Origin: Hyaloraphidium curvatum SAG 235-1
Taxonomy: Eukaryota; Fungi; Monoblepharomycota
Assembly (NCBI GenBank): GCA_025558095.1
Contig: JAIVFI010000009.1
Coordinates: forward strand, 682,001-746,000
Length of the DNA: 64,000 nucleotides
Direction: 5' to 3'
The position numbers were made by a program, and so were the translations under genes. The notes beneath the pieces were generated by a model that searched no databases, was not told the origin of the DNA, and saw only the letters and a program-made list of their open reading frames with translations. Shown here piece by piece: positions 34,019 through 47,368 of this stretch. Within the stretch, counting starts at the first letter, position 1. Every line of letters starts with the position of its first letter.

Positions 34019-37000
34019 TCAAGACACAAGAAGGCCCGCGCCGCGAAGCTTGTCCCTGACCGCTTCCGCCGCCGCCGCGCATTCGGACGCCTTTGCCGGC
34101 GCCTTTTCCCAGCCCCCACCGGCAGAGACTCGGTCCCCCAGCATCCTCATCAACAGGTCCAGCACGATCGGCGCGAACCACCTGAGCGCCGCGGTTTGCC
34201 GATCGCCCGCCGCTTGTCCGGCGGGGAGGTAGCCGCTCCTGATCCTCTTGACCACGACCGGCAGACCCTCCAGACCGCGCTCGAGCTCCCCGCCTTCCTG
34301 GCCCGTGAGTCGCTGGACCAGCGGCACGGCCAACTCGGCCTGCTCAGAAATGTCCTTGAACTGCTCCACGTTGTCGCCGATGATCCCCATGACCTGCTTC
34401 AGCGCCGTGAAGATCGTGTTGCCCCCCGCGTCTGCCTCCGAGTCCTGCCTTGCCCGCCGCAGCATCGCGACGCCCGATGCGATCTGCTCGTCCGTTTCTG
34501 CCTCGAGCAGCAGCGCACGACCCTGCTCCAGCAGGGCAGCCACGACCGGGTGGTGGGCGTCCTCGATCCAGATGGCGCCAAACATGCACCGCGTCATGAG
34601 CACAAGCCACGAGGTGATGCCGTCGCGCGCGCGCTCCATCTGCTCCTCGTCCATCTGCGCGCCCATCCTCAGCGACCGGAAGAGGCGAGGGTCGATGCCC
34701 GAGAAGGGCCTGTCGAGCACGCAGAGCAAGTCGAACTCGAGGCCGCGGCACTCGTCGAGCGAGAGATTCAGGAGGGGTCCATGCCCGGCTCGGGACAGGT
34801 CCGACGGCGCCTTGGATCCCGTGCGCAGCACGACAAAGTCGAGGCCCGAGGCGTCGATGAGCCGGCGCGCCGCATCCGCGTTGCGGCACTGAAGCACGGG
34901 CGGTGAGTCCCAGAGCGCGGAGCGGATCACGGCATCGACGGCGAAGTCGTCAAAATCCGACTTGTAGAAGGGCTTGAGCCAGGTCTGCAGGACGGCGTCG
35001 AGCACCTTTAGCACCCCGACGGGGCAGCGGAAGTTAATCGAGAGGGTGACCGAGTGGTGCTCGAGCTTGTCCCTGGTGACCGTGCACGCCTCGGCCAGGG
35101 CGGTGCGCACGCCCGTGCGGCGCGCCGCGGACTCCCTCCCGACACTCTGCTTGCTGTCCAGGCCGACGATCACCGATCCCGGCTTGCCGCTCGAGAGCGC
35201 CAGGATCTTGATCTGGAGCGGGGTCAGCGACTGCGCCTCGTCGATCAGCATGGGGCCGAAGAAGCGGGCCAGCCCCGCCGCGCCGCCGCCGGGCTGCGTC
35301 CACGTCTCCTTGAGGAACTCCCAGAGGTCGGCCTCGTCGCGCAAGCCGCGCTCGGTCTTCCAGGAGCCGTACCACGCGAGGTAGAAACGGTCGACCCAGA
35401 GACCCGCAATGCGGTCCGTGTCCGTCTCTCCGCGGGTCCGGGCAGCCGAGGCAAAGTCCGAGTACGTGACCCTCGGCCATCCCTGGGGCCAGAGCTGGTC
35501 TATCCGCTCGCGAACGGTCTGCACATTGATCTCGGGGTACGAGCGGAGCACTTGGTCTCGGAGGCGGGAGGTGGGGAGGAGGACGACGGCGCCAGGGATG
35601 GCCTTGGCGATCTCGGACAGAACTGCGGCGGACAACAGTCAGAGCGGGCCTAAACTGGAATTTAGTGCGAATGCGCCCACCTGTCGTCTTGCCGTTACCG
35701 GCCGAGCCTTTGATGAAGAGGGCAACGTTGCGGCGGCAACCAAGCTCGATAGCCGCGGCCTCCTGCCTCGTCAGGACCGCCGACGTGCGGCCCGTGTCCG
35801 GATCCGCCTCGATGAGCATGTCCAGGTTGCCGAGGAACCTCCGCGGGAGGAAGAAGTTGGCGCCCATGTCCGGGTTGGCCGCAATGTCCTGGCGGAAGGC
35901 AAGGACGATGTCGCGCACGCGTTCGGCGTGTCCACCGAGACGAGCATCCAGTTCCACTTCGCCCTCGGGGCTTCCAGCAGCCTCTGTGGAGATGACGACC
36001 CCGGCAAATTCTATCTGCTCCAGGATCCCGCCAGCGTGGGCGATCGTCTTGGAAAAGCCCTGAAAAAGGGTGCGCTGAGCATGGGAAGCTTTCTACGAAT
36101 GAGTTGGCTCACCTTGTGGTTCAAAACGATAGCCGTGATGAGGTAGGTGTTAGCGGCCAGCTCGACGTAGAAGATGCGCTCCTTCTTGTTCAGACGACCC
36201 TCAAAGACGCGGTCCGCGACCTTTTTCTGGTGCTGGTGGAGCGCACGACCTTCGAACATGGCCATGACCTTGTCCTTCGCGTCGATGGCCAGCAGCTCGC
36301 GGTACGTGTGCGCAGTCAGGAGCACTTGCAGGGCCGCCGCCTTGCCAGGTCCACGAGGCTTGGCAGTCTCGCCGGTGATGCTCCTCGACGGAGCAGGGGG
36401 CTGCGATGATTGTCCGCCGACGCGGCTCTGCTTCGCGTAAAGGCTGCCATTCTCCCGCACGAGCTCCTTGCCCTTGCCAGATCCACGTCCTGCAGGTCCG
36501 GAAGACGCAGGCCTCGCCGCGAAGATAGATCGCACCAGATCGTTCGAAATGCCCTTCGAGACCTCGCCAAGAAGTGCTCGGAACCAGGCGAGAAGGGTCG
36601 TGTACGCGGCTTCCGCTTCGCTGTTGCTGTCTGCCTTCTTGTCCGAACCAGTAGACGGAACCCGCGCCGACGGCGGCAGCCATCCTTTGGGGTGAACAAG
36701 ATCGCAGTCGTCGACGGTACAAGCTTGCCCGCGGGGACACGGCTTGGCAACGCGTGCACCGGTCGCTGGCCGGCTCTCGGCCGACTGAGCGAGTTGTCGC
36801 TCGCACTCCACGAGGTCTGCAGTGAGCCTCTTTTCCAAAGCCAAAGCCTGTTTGGTCCGTCCTCCAGGCATTGCGAGCAGCTCGGCAAGGTTCGTCTGTG
36901 CCGTGCTCAACAAGGTCAATGCCCTCTTCGGGAGCGGAGACGGAAGAGCGGCAAACTCGTCGCGCTGCAGCTCCGCGTATTCCAGCAAAGCGCGTTTCCG

Positions 37001-39766
37001 AAGATCCGGTTCCGAACTCTTGGTCCGCTCCAACACCGCTCGCAAATCCGTGGCGGCCTGCGCGAGTTGGCCAAGCCGTCGCCTGACCACGGCTCGTTCA
37101 AGGTAAAGAGCGATGTTCTGAGGCTGAATTCGAATGCTCTGTGAGGCAGACGCCAAGGCCTCCTCCAAACGACCATCTTTGGCGAGCTTTTGCACGAGCG
37201 CTGCAAGATCCTTTGTCTCCGACTCCTTGGACGACTCTTTGGACGAATCCTTCGACTTGCGATCTCGGTCCACCGCGTCGTGTTCCTTTCCGATCTCGAG
37301 CTCGACGCGGACCACGGTGAATCGTCGCCCGTCGGCCGTCTCGACAAAGAAGCCCAGACTCGGATCTCGCAAGGCCTCCGCCGTCCATTTCGGCATCGAA
37401 CGGAAGCCATAGTACTTTCCATCGGCCCAGACGTCGGCCGAGACGGGAAGGGTCCCCTCGAAAGGCACGTCCAAATCCTCGTAGGTGTCCGACTTCGTGC
37501 TGAGGAGCGAGAAATCAACGAGGTACGTCCGCTTGAACGTCTTCGGAACCCGAGGTGTCTGCTCCCCAGACAGGTCGTAGAACCCAATGAACATGCCCAG
37601 GTCATCTCCCGATTTCTGGAGCAGGAAGCGGAAGCTGAGCTTCGGCTCGCCTCGCCACTTCAGCGCGGGCCCGAGGTTCGACGCACTCCCATCGGCCAGC
37701 ACCTTCGCAACGTCAAAAGTGACATGGTGCACAAGTCGGTCGTTGCCGTTGAAGTCCTCCCCCACGAGCTTCGAACACGCGAGCCGGAGCTCAATGTCGG
37801 GCTTCTTCGCGACCTTGGCGAGCTCCTGCGCGGTCACGAGAAAGTCGCCCTTCTTCTTGATGTCCTTCTCCGTCGCCAACACCTTGTCCAGTTCCGCCCG
37901 GATCGTCCGCTCGTTGCGCTCCCGGTAGGCTCTCAGGCTCAGGAATTCGGTCCAGCTGGCCGGCAGATCAAGGTCAATCATGGTCAGCCTGAAGCGGATC
38001 ACGAGGCGGCCCCGTTTGGAGAACTCGGGATGAGCCAGGGGATCGGCCAACGACACCGGAATCATGACGGAAAAGAAGCGGCTCTGGCCAAGGGTGTGCC
38101 GGCCTTCCCGCTGGGGATGCTCCACGCCCCGCTTGTCGACCGCGGAGAAGGTCCACTTCATGGCCATCCGGAAACCCTGCGGCGGGATTCGGCGCAGGCC
38201 GCAATGAACTTGAGCGTGGAGACCGTAGCTGGTTTGGTCCCGAAGCACGTAGAGGGCGACGTCCTGCCAGTTGAACGGCAGCGAATCTGCAGGTCCCGAA
38301 ACCGGCATTTCGTAGTCCACCGAGATCTCGTCTCCGCTGACAGAGGGCTCTTGGAGCGGAGGCCAAGGCTCCTTCAAGATCCTGTACGCCCGCCGCACCT
38401 TGACGGCCTTCCAAAAGGACGCGAGGCGGCTGGCGGCATCATGTCGTCTTGCGCGCTCCTCAAGTGCCTTGCCGTATTCTGTCCGCGCCCGATACCCCTT
38501 CCAGGTCGCCGAAAGCCGAGTAGCAGAACGTTCTCGCAGGGCCCGGCGTGCTTCCACAGCCGCCCTCCGTCGTCGACGTTCGACGTGGCTCCTGTAGGCA
38601 CTGGCGATCTTTTCGGCCGCCACTTCCTCCGCAGCAATGCGCTCCAGCTCCGCAGCCTCGAACTCCTGCCTCGCCTCGGGAAGCAGGCCCGAGAAGCGAG
38701 TCCGGCGGTCACGTTCCTTGACGATCCGCATTGCATCCAAGTAATCGCGCAACCAGACACAACGAGGCTCGTTCGTTGTCCGTGTCCGGCGCAGAATGCG
38801 GTCCCATTCGACGTCCAGCAGTCTGGTATTCATTCTGTCCAGTATCGTCCGCACTTGGATACGTTGAACCAAGGCCGATTGTGGATACGCAGGACTGTTG
38901 AGAGTCGGCCAAAGTTGTTCGTCCAATTTGATGAAATTGTGCGCCAAGGTCACTGCAAGTTCACGCCGTTCGGCGCTCAGTACGTCGTAGAGATGCAGAA
39001 CGCAACGGGCGTCAGTCGCCAGCTTCGCAAGCTGCCCCTCTGTCCAGCCGTGCTCCTTGACGCGATCAGCCAGCTGAAATCTTTCACACAGGGTGTCATA
39101 GATGTCCAGAGCTATCGAACCGGAAGCCATGGAATGTCTCGGCCCCTTGGCATCCGCGAAAACTGCCAAGCGGAGACAAAGGTCCGAGCAAACAGCCGAA
39201 TGCAGTCCCGAGCGCACGTACGAAACCAGAGCCGGAAGGTCGTGGTCCAGCATCCCATAATGTGACCCATCCGGCCGCGCAGGCCCGTTCCCAATACAGA
39301 AACGGTCAATCGGAATCTCGGGAACTTCCTCAAAGGCACCATCCCGCGCCACCCTCTCCCGCACGGTTCGAACGATTGTGGCGTCATCGGCGACGACTCC
39401 AAACACCGCCTGGACCTTCGTGTCCAAGCAAAGCCCGGCGAGCGCGGCGAGGTCCTCTGCCTCGTCCGCCCACGCGTCCTCCAGGGCCTCGACCCAATCG
39501 CTCCCATCGGCCGGTGGGTTCGCGGGCGACGGCAGCGTCTCCGCATCTCTGCCCAGCTTCTTCAGCGCGCCGAGCAGGCGAGGCAGCGGGCGACACGCGG
39601 CCGCCCATTTCTTGCGCTCCGTGCCCGACGCGTTCGGCGGAGCCGGTGGCCACGCCTTGAGCGCGTTCAGGGCCGCGACTGCCTCGGCCGCGGGTGATTT
39701 CCGCTTCGCTTTCGGCAGCGATGTCGGAGAATTGCGCTCATCGGCGCCGTCGGCCGTGTCGTTCAT
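34019..39766 (-). CDS. IQ-MATH-TPR-CCCH ZnF-RelE-like-UvrD/SF1 helicase (TRANK1-like), about 1,878 aa
   Basis: Introns 36112-36060 and 35680-35623 join three ORFs in frame. Helicase motifs GSAGNGKTT, LIDEAQ, LDSKQSV, LSINFRC, CRGLEFD and VLMTRC. Confidence 0.8.
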
Positions 39767-39960
39767 GCCTCGCCACTGCCTTCACGACGCTCGGGCGCAC
39801 GGGCACCAACTCGCGTCGACGCTACCCCGATCATCACCTAAGTCGGCCTCATCGCCATGAAAAGACCATTCTTGAATTGTACCGTTACGTAAGTATCTTG
39901 ATTCACAGTACCTTGAAGTGGGGATGCTCCATTGCGCGTTTCTGCTCCCCACGATCTATG

Positions 39961-41113
39961 CTACTCCAACCTCCCGCGCTCAACCTCCTCCGTTGCCCAT
40001 TTCACCACGTGCAGATGATTGTACTTTCGAGCAACCTTGGCTATCAACCCGGCTGATCCCGTGGGGATGGCGTCGACAGAGTCGAGCGCCTCCATCATAG
40101 CCGCCAAGTTGCCCTTTTCGGCTGCCCCCAGCAGTCCCGCCACGGAGCAGTGAACTCCATAACCCTTCAGAAGCGCAACAATCCGCATCTGTCCTTCCTG
40201 CACGGCGAGGTCCATGGCATAGCTAAACACGGGCTGCGGTGCGTCCATCGCGGCCCTCGCGGAGACTTCGATCAGATCCATGGGAAGCTCCGACTGCTTC
40301 TCAAAGAGGAAGCGCATGAAAGTCTCGTGCCCGCGAACAGCAGCCGCCACGACGATGTGCCGCCATCCGGCCGGGGCAAGAACGGCCGAGCACCGCAAGT
40401 GCTCCAGCAGCAGCCTGAAGACGGCCACGTTGCCCGTGTTCGCCGCGAGATAGAGACATCGGTCATTAATGCGGCATCCCCAGCTCAGAAGAGTGGAGAC
40501 AACTTGGTCACAACAGAAGCTGTCGGCACGCACCGCACGCTCCAGGGCGTGCTCAGGGTCAAACGGCACGCCCAGCTTTTGCATCGAAGCAATCATGTCC
40601 ACGAAGCCGTACTCCATGCTGACATGGAAGGCAAAGCGGAGGTCCTGGGGCTGGAGGCGCCGTGCGGCCGTGGAAACGATCCAGTGCGCCAGAGCGCGGT
40701 AGTGCAAAGGAGGCTGGAATGCCGTACTCAAGTGGTTCAGCACCGATTGCAACTCTTCGGGGGACCGTCGAGCAAGGACGTTGCAAGCCGCTCCCTCGAG
40801 GTCCAGGGAGATGAGCACCGTTCGGTTGGAGCGCCTGAGCATCTCCGCCCGGGCACCTGCACCGCACAGGTAGAAGGGGTGTTGCGCCAGAAGGTGCGGC
40901 AGCATAAAGTTGCGGTTAAAGATTTCCTCCAGGATGCTGCAGGAGACCCGTCATGCCACGTCCCGCGCGGGAACCAGGGGTTGCGACCGACCGAGTGCGG
41001 AGTTCCGAAGGCAGGCCGCAGAAGCTCTGCAACGAGCACAAGGCACGGATCCGAAGGCATGTGATGGAGGCATTTGGAAGCGGTTTGCCGCGAGCGGCGT
41101 CGTTCCGCGCCAT
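39961..41113 (-). CDS. F-box-like + ankyrin-repeat protein
   Basis: Splicing out 40991-40937 gives SFCGLPSELRTRILEEIF. Ankyrin-like LYLAANTGNVAVFRLLL, AAAVRGHETFMRFL and LAVQEGQMRIVALL. Start codon uncertain. Confidence 0.6.
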
Positions 41114-41229
41114 CGAGCCAGGGTCGGGATGCGGCACGTCACCCCGCGCGTGCTTTGTTTGGACCGCGTCGGTCCACATCGCGGGACCCCGAAGGAGAAC
41201 AATCGCGCCGAGGCTGGCCGTCGACAGCC

Positions 41230-42898
41230 ATGTCTGCCTCGCGATTTCTTCGTCTCCGCAATTTGGCGGCGCCCCACCGGCTCCGCGCGGCGTCACTTCG
41301 GTCCACGCAAGTCGCGACGCGTGGACTGGCTCTCCGGGGGGCCACGTGTACGGACTTTGGCGCGCGCAGGCTCGCTTCTTCCGATTCGCGGACGGAGCCG
41401 ACGACCGCGCAGACGGAAGTCACGCAGGAAGCGGAGGACTTCGTGTCTTCCCGATTGATCCCGCGGTCGTTGCTGGGCAGCCTTGTCGACTTCACCGAGC
41501 CGGACTTTTCCTTCCTCAAAGGAGATCTTGTTCTCGTTCACGGCTTCGCGGGTGCCCAGCTCGCCGATACCCACGCCAAGATCCTCGCGTGGCCGCCGCA
41601 GGACATCGTGTCGACGCTGAGCCGCGTTGCCATCAACTGGCCGGGCGTCTCGGTTCCGCTGAGCGAAGCGACTGAAACGGACCTTACCGAAGACGGCGAG
41701 GGCGACGCCGAATCGGACTTGGTCAGCGACGAAGGCATCGGGAGGCTTGCGCTGCCCCTGGATTTCCCTTGGTCCGAGCCAGACGGATCCAACGATGAGG
41801 AGATCGAGTGGCACTACGCCAAGCTCCGATTCAAGAAGGCCGGGTTCGCTCACGTGTTTCCCCCTTACGAGATGTCCATCAAGCTGCGGGACGCCTTGCG
41901 AGCCGTGGAGGCCGGAACGGCGCAGTTGGCGCCGTCACAACGGTTCCGGCTTCACGAGTTTGACTATGATTTTCGCCTCGACAACCTCTACAATGCCAGG
42001 CGCTTCGCCAAGTTCTTGCGCCAGATTGCCGAGCGGAGTGGAGGATCCCAGATCAACATCGTCGCCCGTCAGTTCTCGTTGCTCCCTTTACTGCGATAGA
42101 TCCTGACTCCTTCCCATGTTTCCCAGACTCAATGGGCGGGCAGATTGCGCTGTCTGCCCTCAGTCCAGTTGTTTCACCCCAGACTCCTCTGGTCAACTCG
42201 ATCCTCTTCTGTGGCAGTCCTTTCCAAGAGGTGCCGACTATCCGTAAGGCTTCACATATCTGCGCCAGCTTCTGATGCCTGATCGAACACCGGTAGTCTA
42301 CATGTTTCTTCATCCCCATCCTTTCCTCCCGCTCTCCCCGCTGGACTCGCTCTCGTGGCGCTCCGGCTATGGCTTCTTGCCTGCGAAGCCAGCCCCTTCG
42401 AAGGCTCTCTTGACGGGTCCTTTCGGTTCCCGCTCGGACTTGGACCTCAACTACCAGGATCCCGATGTCTGGATCGGCACGAACCTTGCCAATCCGCTCA
42501 TCCGCGGATTCGATGGCGACGTTGACAAGGCCCGCGACTTTCTTGCCCGCGCGCTGGATGCCGCGGCCAAGTTCAGGTCGACCTTGCAGGCTATCGAACG
42601 CGAGCAGGATTCCTCGCCCGCCGCCGTCCCTCGAATGGCGACGCTCTTCTCGCGCTCGTATCGGACTCCCACGCGCGTTCTCGTCCGGTCGGAAGGGACC
42701 TCGCATGATCCCAAAGTGACCCACGTGATCAGACCGGCCTTCTTCGCTCCTGGGGACGGGATCGTCCCACTGAACGCCCTGAGGCTGTCGCGCGGGTGGG
42801 ACTACAAGCTGATTCCCTCATACGGACATCATGCGGGGATCATGGGCGACGTGGGAGGCGTGGCACGGGGCCTACGGTACTGCGTTCTGGGGGAATAA
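41230..42898 (+). CDS. LCAT/PGAP1-like alpha/beta hydrolase, spliced
   Basis: LVLVHGFAG, FDYDFRLD, VAHSMGG (spliced across about 42068-42127), GDGIVP and HAGIM. Arg-rich N-terminus resembling a mitochondrial presequence. Confidence 0.75.
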
Positions 42899-42949
42899 TC
42901 AATCTCATTGTCCAATGCTGATAGACAACCGTTTGCTGCACATCCGATC

Positions 42950-45900
42950 TCAAACCTTGTGACCTGGAACCTGCAGCGAGTTGGTGTTTGTGCCGTTGGT
43001 GGACGGAAGAGAATCGTTCGTGGGTTGCTTCGCCGGCACTGGCTGCAGCTCGTAGATGCTCTGGGAGATGTTGCTACCGGCCCTGTCCATCTTGGCAATC
43101 CCCGTTGCCTCCTCCAGCTTCGCAATGCTGGCATCCGTAGCGTTCCGCTTGAGTGAGTGGTGAATGCGCTGCCTGTTGCGGGGAAGAAGCGTCAACATCG
43201 GCCACGTATGAAGCGGGCCCGCATGAACGCACTCGTAGTGAACAAAGCCCTCGTCGGCGCCTTCGTGCTCGGGCTCGTCCCCTTCGCCGAGGTGGACCCC
43301 GGTCGGCGTGGCGGAGGGCGGGTTCCAGAACGACGAGCGCCGCTTGAAGAGCTTCCACAGCTCGGCCGCGATGAAGAAGATCACCAGGGCAGCGGCGATG
43401 ATGCCCCACTGCCAGGTGATGAGGTAGTGCAAGAAAACGCTGGGCGAATTGATGTCAGCACGCGCTATAGCTCTGCAACAACGACGAACGTACTTGACAT
43501 TGACCCAAGGGATGTAGACCGTCAAGATGGTGCCGATAGTAGCAGCAATGACGATGTACCAAAGCAGCTTGTTCTCGAAAAAGCGCATCTTGAACATTGA
43601 TCGACGGGCCTGCAGATGGGGAGACGTTGTAGCCCGGCACAGATTCAGGCTGTTTGAGGCACTCACGTCACGGCAGTTGTACCCGTGAAGACAGAGAAGC
43701 AAGCAAAGCATGGTATAGGCAGTCGCCCTCGCCTTGAAGATGGGGATGCAGCTGTCCTCGGTCATGCCGTGGTTGCAATCTCCCGTCGTGTTGGGGTCGA
43801 CCTCGGAGTACATGACGCCGATGAAGGCGCCGAGCGTCATCCCGCCCATCAGGATCCCGTCTGCCGCGAACGTTAGCAGAGCCAGCAGCAAAGTTGCGGA
43901 AGACCCACAAAAGAAGGTATCCCAGATGACTTCCTTCGAAAACAGACCCTCGCTCTTTTGCCGCGGCGGCCGGAGCATGATGTCCGGGTCCGCGTTCTCC
44001 TGCCCGAGGGCGAGCGCGATGGGCGATGAGGTCACCATGTTGATCCAAAGGACCTCGATCGGCGACATGGGGAAGATGGCGTGGCCGTAGCGGTCCTTGA
44101 AGGCCAGACCGCACACAAGAGCGATGACCTCGGCGACGTTGCCGGAGAGAAGGTGGACGACGAACTTGCTGTTGTTTGGTGGAGGGCTCGTCAGCAACCG
44201 GGTGATCGACCCGCAGATGGTAGCTACGCACCTGATGTTGATGAAGATCCTACGGCCCTCCGCGACGGCGTTGACGATCGTCTCGAAGTTGTCGTCTGTG
44301 AGCACGATCGAGGCGACCTGCTTGGTGACCTCGGACCCGCCGAGACCCATGGCGATCCCCACGTCCGACATCTTGATTGCTGGAGCGTCGTTGCTCCCGT
44401 CACCAGTCATGACGACGAACCTATCCCTGCGGTGCAGCGCCTCGACCATCTTGACCTTGGTCTGAGGCGAGCACCGCGCAAGCACGTTGGGCAACGACGG
44501 CAGGCCGTCGACCTGCTCAATCGTCATCTTGTCGAACGTGCTGGCGGGCAGGACGAGCGAGCGCTCCTCGGGCACGATGATGTCGACCTGCTTGGCGATG
44601 GCCTCGGCGGTCTTTGGGTGGTCGCCCGTGGCCATGTGGACAGTGATGCCGGCGTCGCGGCAGATGAGGACGGCGGGGCGTGTCTCCTGCCGCGGAGGGT
44701 CGTACATGCTGGGATCGGCGTCAGACTGGTGCGCGCGAACCGAGACCCGTGAGGCCTACCCAATGACGCCGAGGAAAATCATCTGCTGCTCGGCGTTCTC
44801 GCGGACCGACCATCCCATGTCGATGTTGAGCTGCTCCGGGTTCGAGATGTCCTTGTCGGCCGGGACCACCTCCGTGCGGTACCCAAAGCCGAGCACGCGC
44901 ATGGCGTCGCCGGCCATTTCGAGCATCTTGGCATCGGCGGTCGGGCCGATCGCTGAAGAAAGAGGTCTGAAACTGGTGAAACGTAATGTCCGGGACGCAC
45001 TCACATGCGTCCAGGGGGGTCTCGGCGCCTCCCGCGGCCAGGTAGCCCTTCGACACCTCGAGCACCCTTTCGAGCGCGCCCTTGGCGAGGAAGTAGACCG
45101 TGCGCGTGGGCTCGTGCAGGTACATGACCGTCATGCGCTTGATCGTGGGGTCGAACGGGTGCTCGCCGACGAACTTCATCTCCGACAGGAAGGGGTCGTC
45201 CGCGACGAGGCCCTTGCGGGCGAGCACCTCGAGCGCGACCTCGGTGGGATCACCCGTGGACTTCCAGGCCTTGTCCTCGTCGTCGAAGAAGAGGTCGCAG
45301 GTGACACACTTCTTGCAGACCAGCATCAGTTTGTCTGAAGGAGCAAGTCTTCAGTGACCCGAAATGAGTCGGCCCGATTCCTCCACTCACACTGCGCGGG
45401 GTCCTTCTTGATCTCCTCCTTGCTCACGACGGCCGTCGTAGCCTTGTCCGTGATCTCGCCCTCAGGAAGCAGCCCCTTGCCCGCCACCTCGTAGTCCCTG
45501 CCCGCGACCCAGTACCGCGTGACCACCATCTTGCCCTCCGTGAGCGTTCCCGTCTTGTCCGAGCAGATGTTGGTCACCTGCCCCAGCGCCTCGAGCGCGT
45601 TGAGCCGGCGCACGATTGCTTTCTGCTTGGCCATCCGCGCCACGCCGACGGACATGGTCACCGTGACGACGGCGGGGAGGCCCTCGGGGAGGATGGCCAC
45701 GCCGACCGAGACGGCGTACAGGAGCAGGGAGGAGGAAAAGGTCATGCCGTTGACGGCGAAGACGAGGAGGCCGAGGAGGATGGCGCAGACCAGGAGGACG
45801 TACATGAGCTGCCGACGCCGAATGAGTTATGTGCTGAGGACGCTTCCCGGAAACCGCCCACCTTGTCCATGGTGACCTGCAGCGGGGTCTTCTCGTGCCA

Positions 45901-46995
45901 CCCAAGCACGTCCTCGATCCACCAGAGGAACTTGTTCTTGCCCGGCGGCGGCCCCTTGTCCTTCTTGTCGTCGCTCAGCGACTCGGCGATCTTGCCGATC
46001 TCGGTGCACAGGCTCGTGGCGACCACCACGCCGTGCCCGCGGCCCTTGGTCACCACGGTGTTCATGAAACACATGTGTTTCCTGTCGCCCACGCCGATTT
46101 CGGGGTCCGAAATGGCTTCGTCCTTCTTGGAAACGGGGAGCGACTCGCCTGTCAGCAGCGCCTCGTCCATCTCCAGGTTCACCGCGTTGGCCACGCGCAG
46201 GTCCGCGGGGCAGATGTCGCCCTCCTCGAGGTAGACCACGTCCCCGGGCACCACCTCGCGCGTGGGGATCGATTCAATCTCGTGGTCGCGCATGACGCGC
46301 GCCGTTGGGGACGACATGTTCTTGAGCGCCTCCATGGTCTTTTCGCCCTGGTACTCTTGCCAGAAGCCGATGGCCGTGTTGATGATGATGACGATCACCA
46401 GCGAAACGGCGACGGGCTGCGGGGGACGGGGTTCAGCATTGGCGGCCGACGCGGTCCGGCTCCGGCGGTTCAACGTACGTAGTCGGCAACCACGAAAGAG
46501 AAGATCATGGCAATGGTCAGCACGAGGTTCATGGCATTGAACAGGTTCCCCTGTGGGTCGCCAGAATCGCCGTCGGGAGTTCGGGGAAGCGGGTTCGACG
46601 TGGGCGCGGAAACACGTCAGGGCGCCCTCTGGAACCCCCGAAGCCGGCAACGCACGAGAAGAATCTTGAAGGCCGAGGGGCCCGAGCTGCCAAAGAGCTC
46701 ATTGAACCCGAGCTCCTTGTGCCGTGCCTGAAGGACCCAAGGAGGCCGTCAGCACGCAACACATCCCGTCCCGAGGGCCACCAACCGCCGCCGTGGCAGG
46801 GTCCAATCCCGTCTTGAGGTCTGCGCCCGGAATCGGGGATTACTGCCGCCCCTAGGCCGCAAAATCGGCAGGAAACCGACCGGTCCCGTAGAACTTGGCC
46901 ACCTCCTCCGGCGCCGACGTCCACACCGGCTTCCCCGCCCGCCCCGCGAACGCGCGCTGCCGCTCGACGGCGGCCTGCAGGTCCTTGGTCGACAT
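42950..46995 (-). CDS. ENA1: P-type Na+/K+-efflux ATPase (type IID, ENA-like), many introns
   Basis: [49 protein letters not shown] and [10 protein letters not shown]. Confidence 0.88.
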
Positions 46996-47368
46996 CGCGC
47001 CCCTGAGCCCGCGTGGGGTTGGTGTGGACGAGTCCCTGACGACCAAGCCCTGGTGCGAGGGATCTGCTGCCTGCGGACGCGGGCGGAGACAGGAGACACC
47101 CCGCGATCGGGACCGATGCGGCGAGGAGGACGGGCGGGAGCGCTGCAGATGGCTTAAACGATGTGCCTCTGCCCCGATCGCACGCGATTCGCACGCGCTG
47201 CCCTGGTTTCGCGGCGGAGACGGGACGGACAGATAGGCGCGCGGCGCCCACGTGCCTCCTCCTTTGGACCCTGGCCTGCAACCCCCGACATCCACGCGGT
47301 CTGGCACCGGAAAGGATTCCAAACGGCTCTATTCGCCCGTCCGCTTGCCTCGGTGCCGCCGGCCGGCC

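Noticed and set aside
41135-41146. CACGTCACC match as a fourth element copy
   Set aside because: Only a partial match, without the flanking stem or other anchors.
31621-46995. NHX and ENA as a sodium-tolerance cluster
   Set aside because: They are separated by about 9 kb of unrelated genes; nothing beyond proximity supports it.
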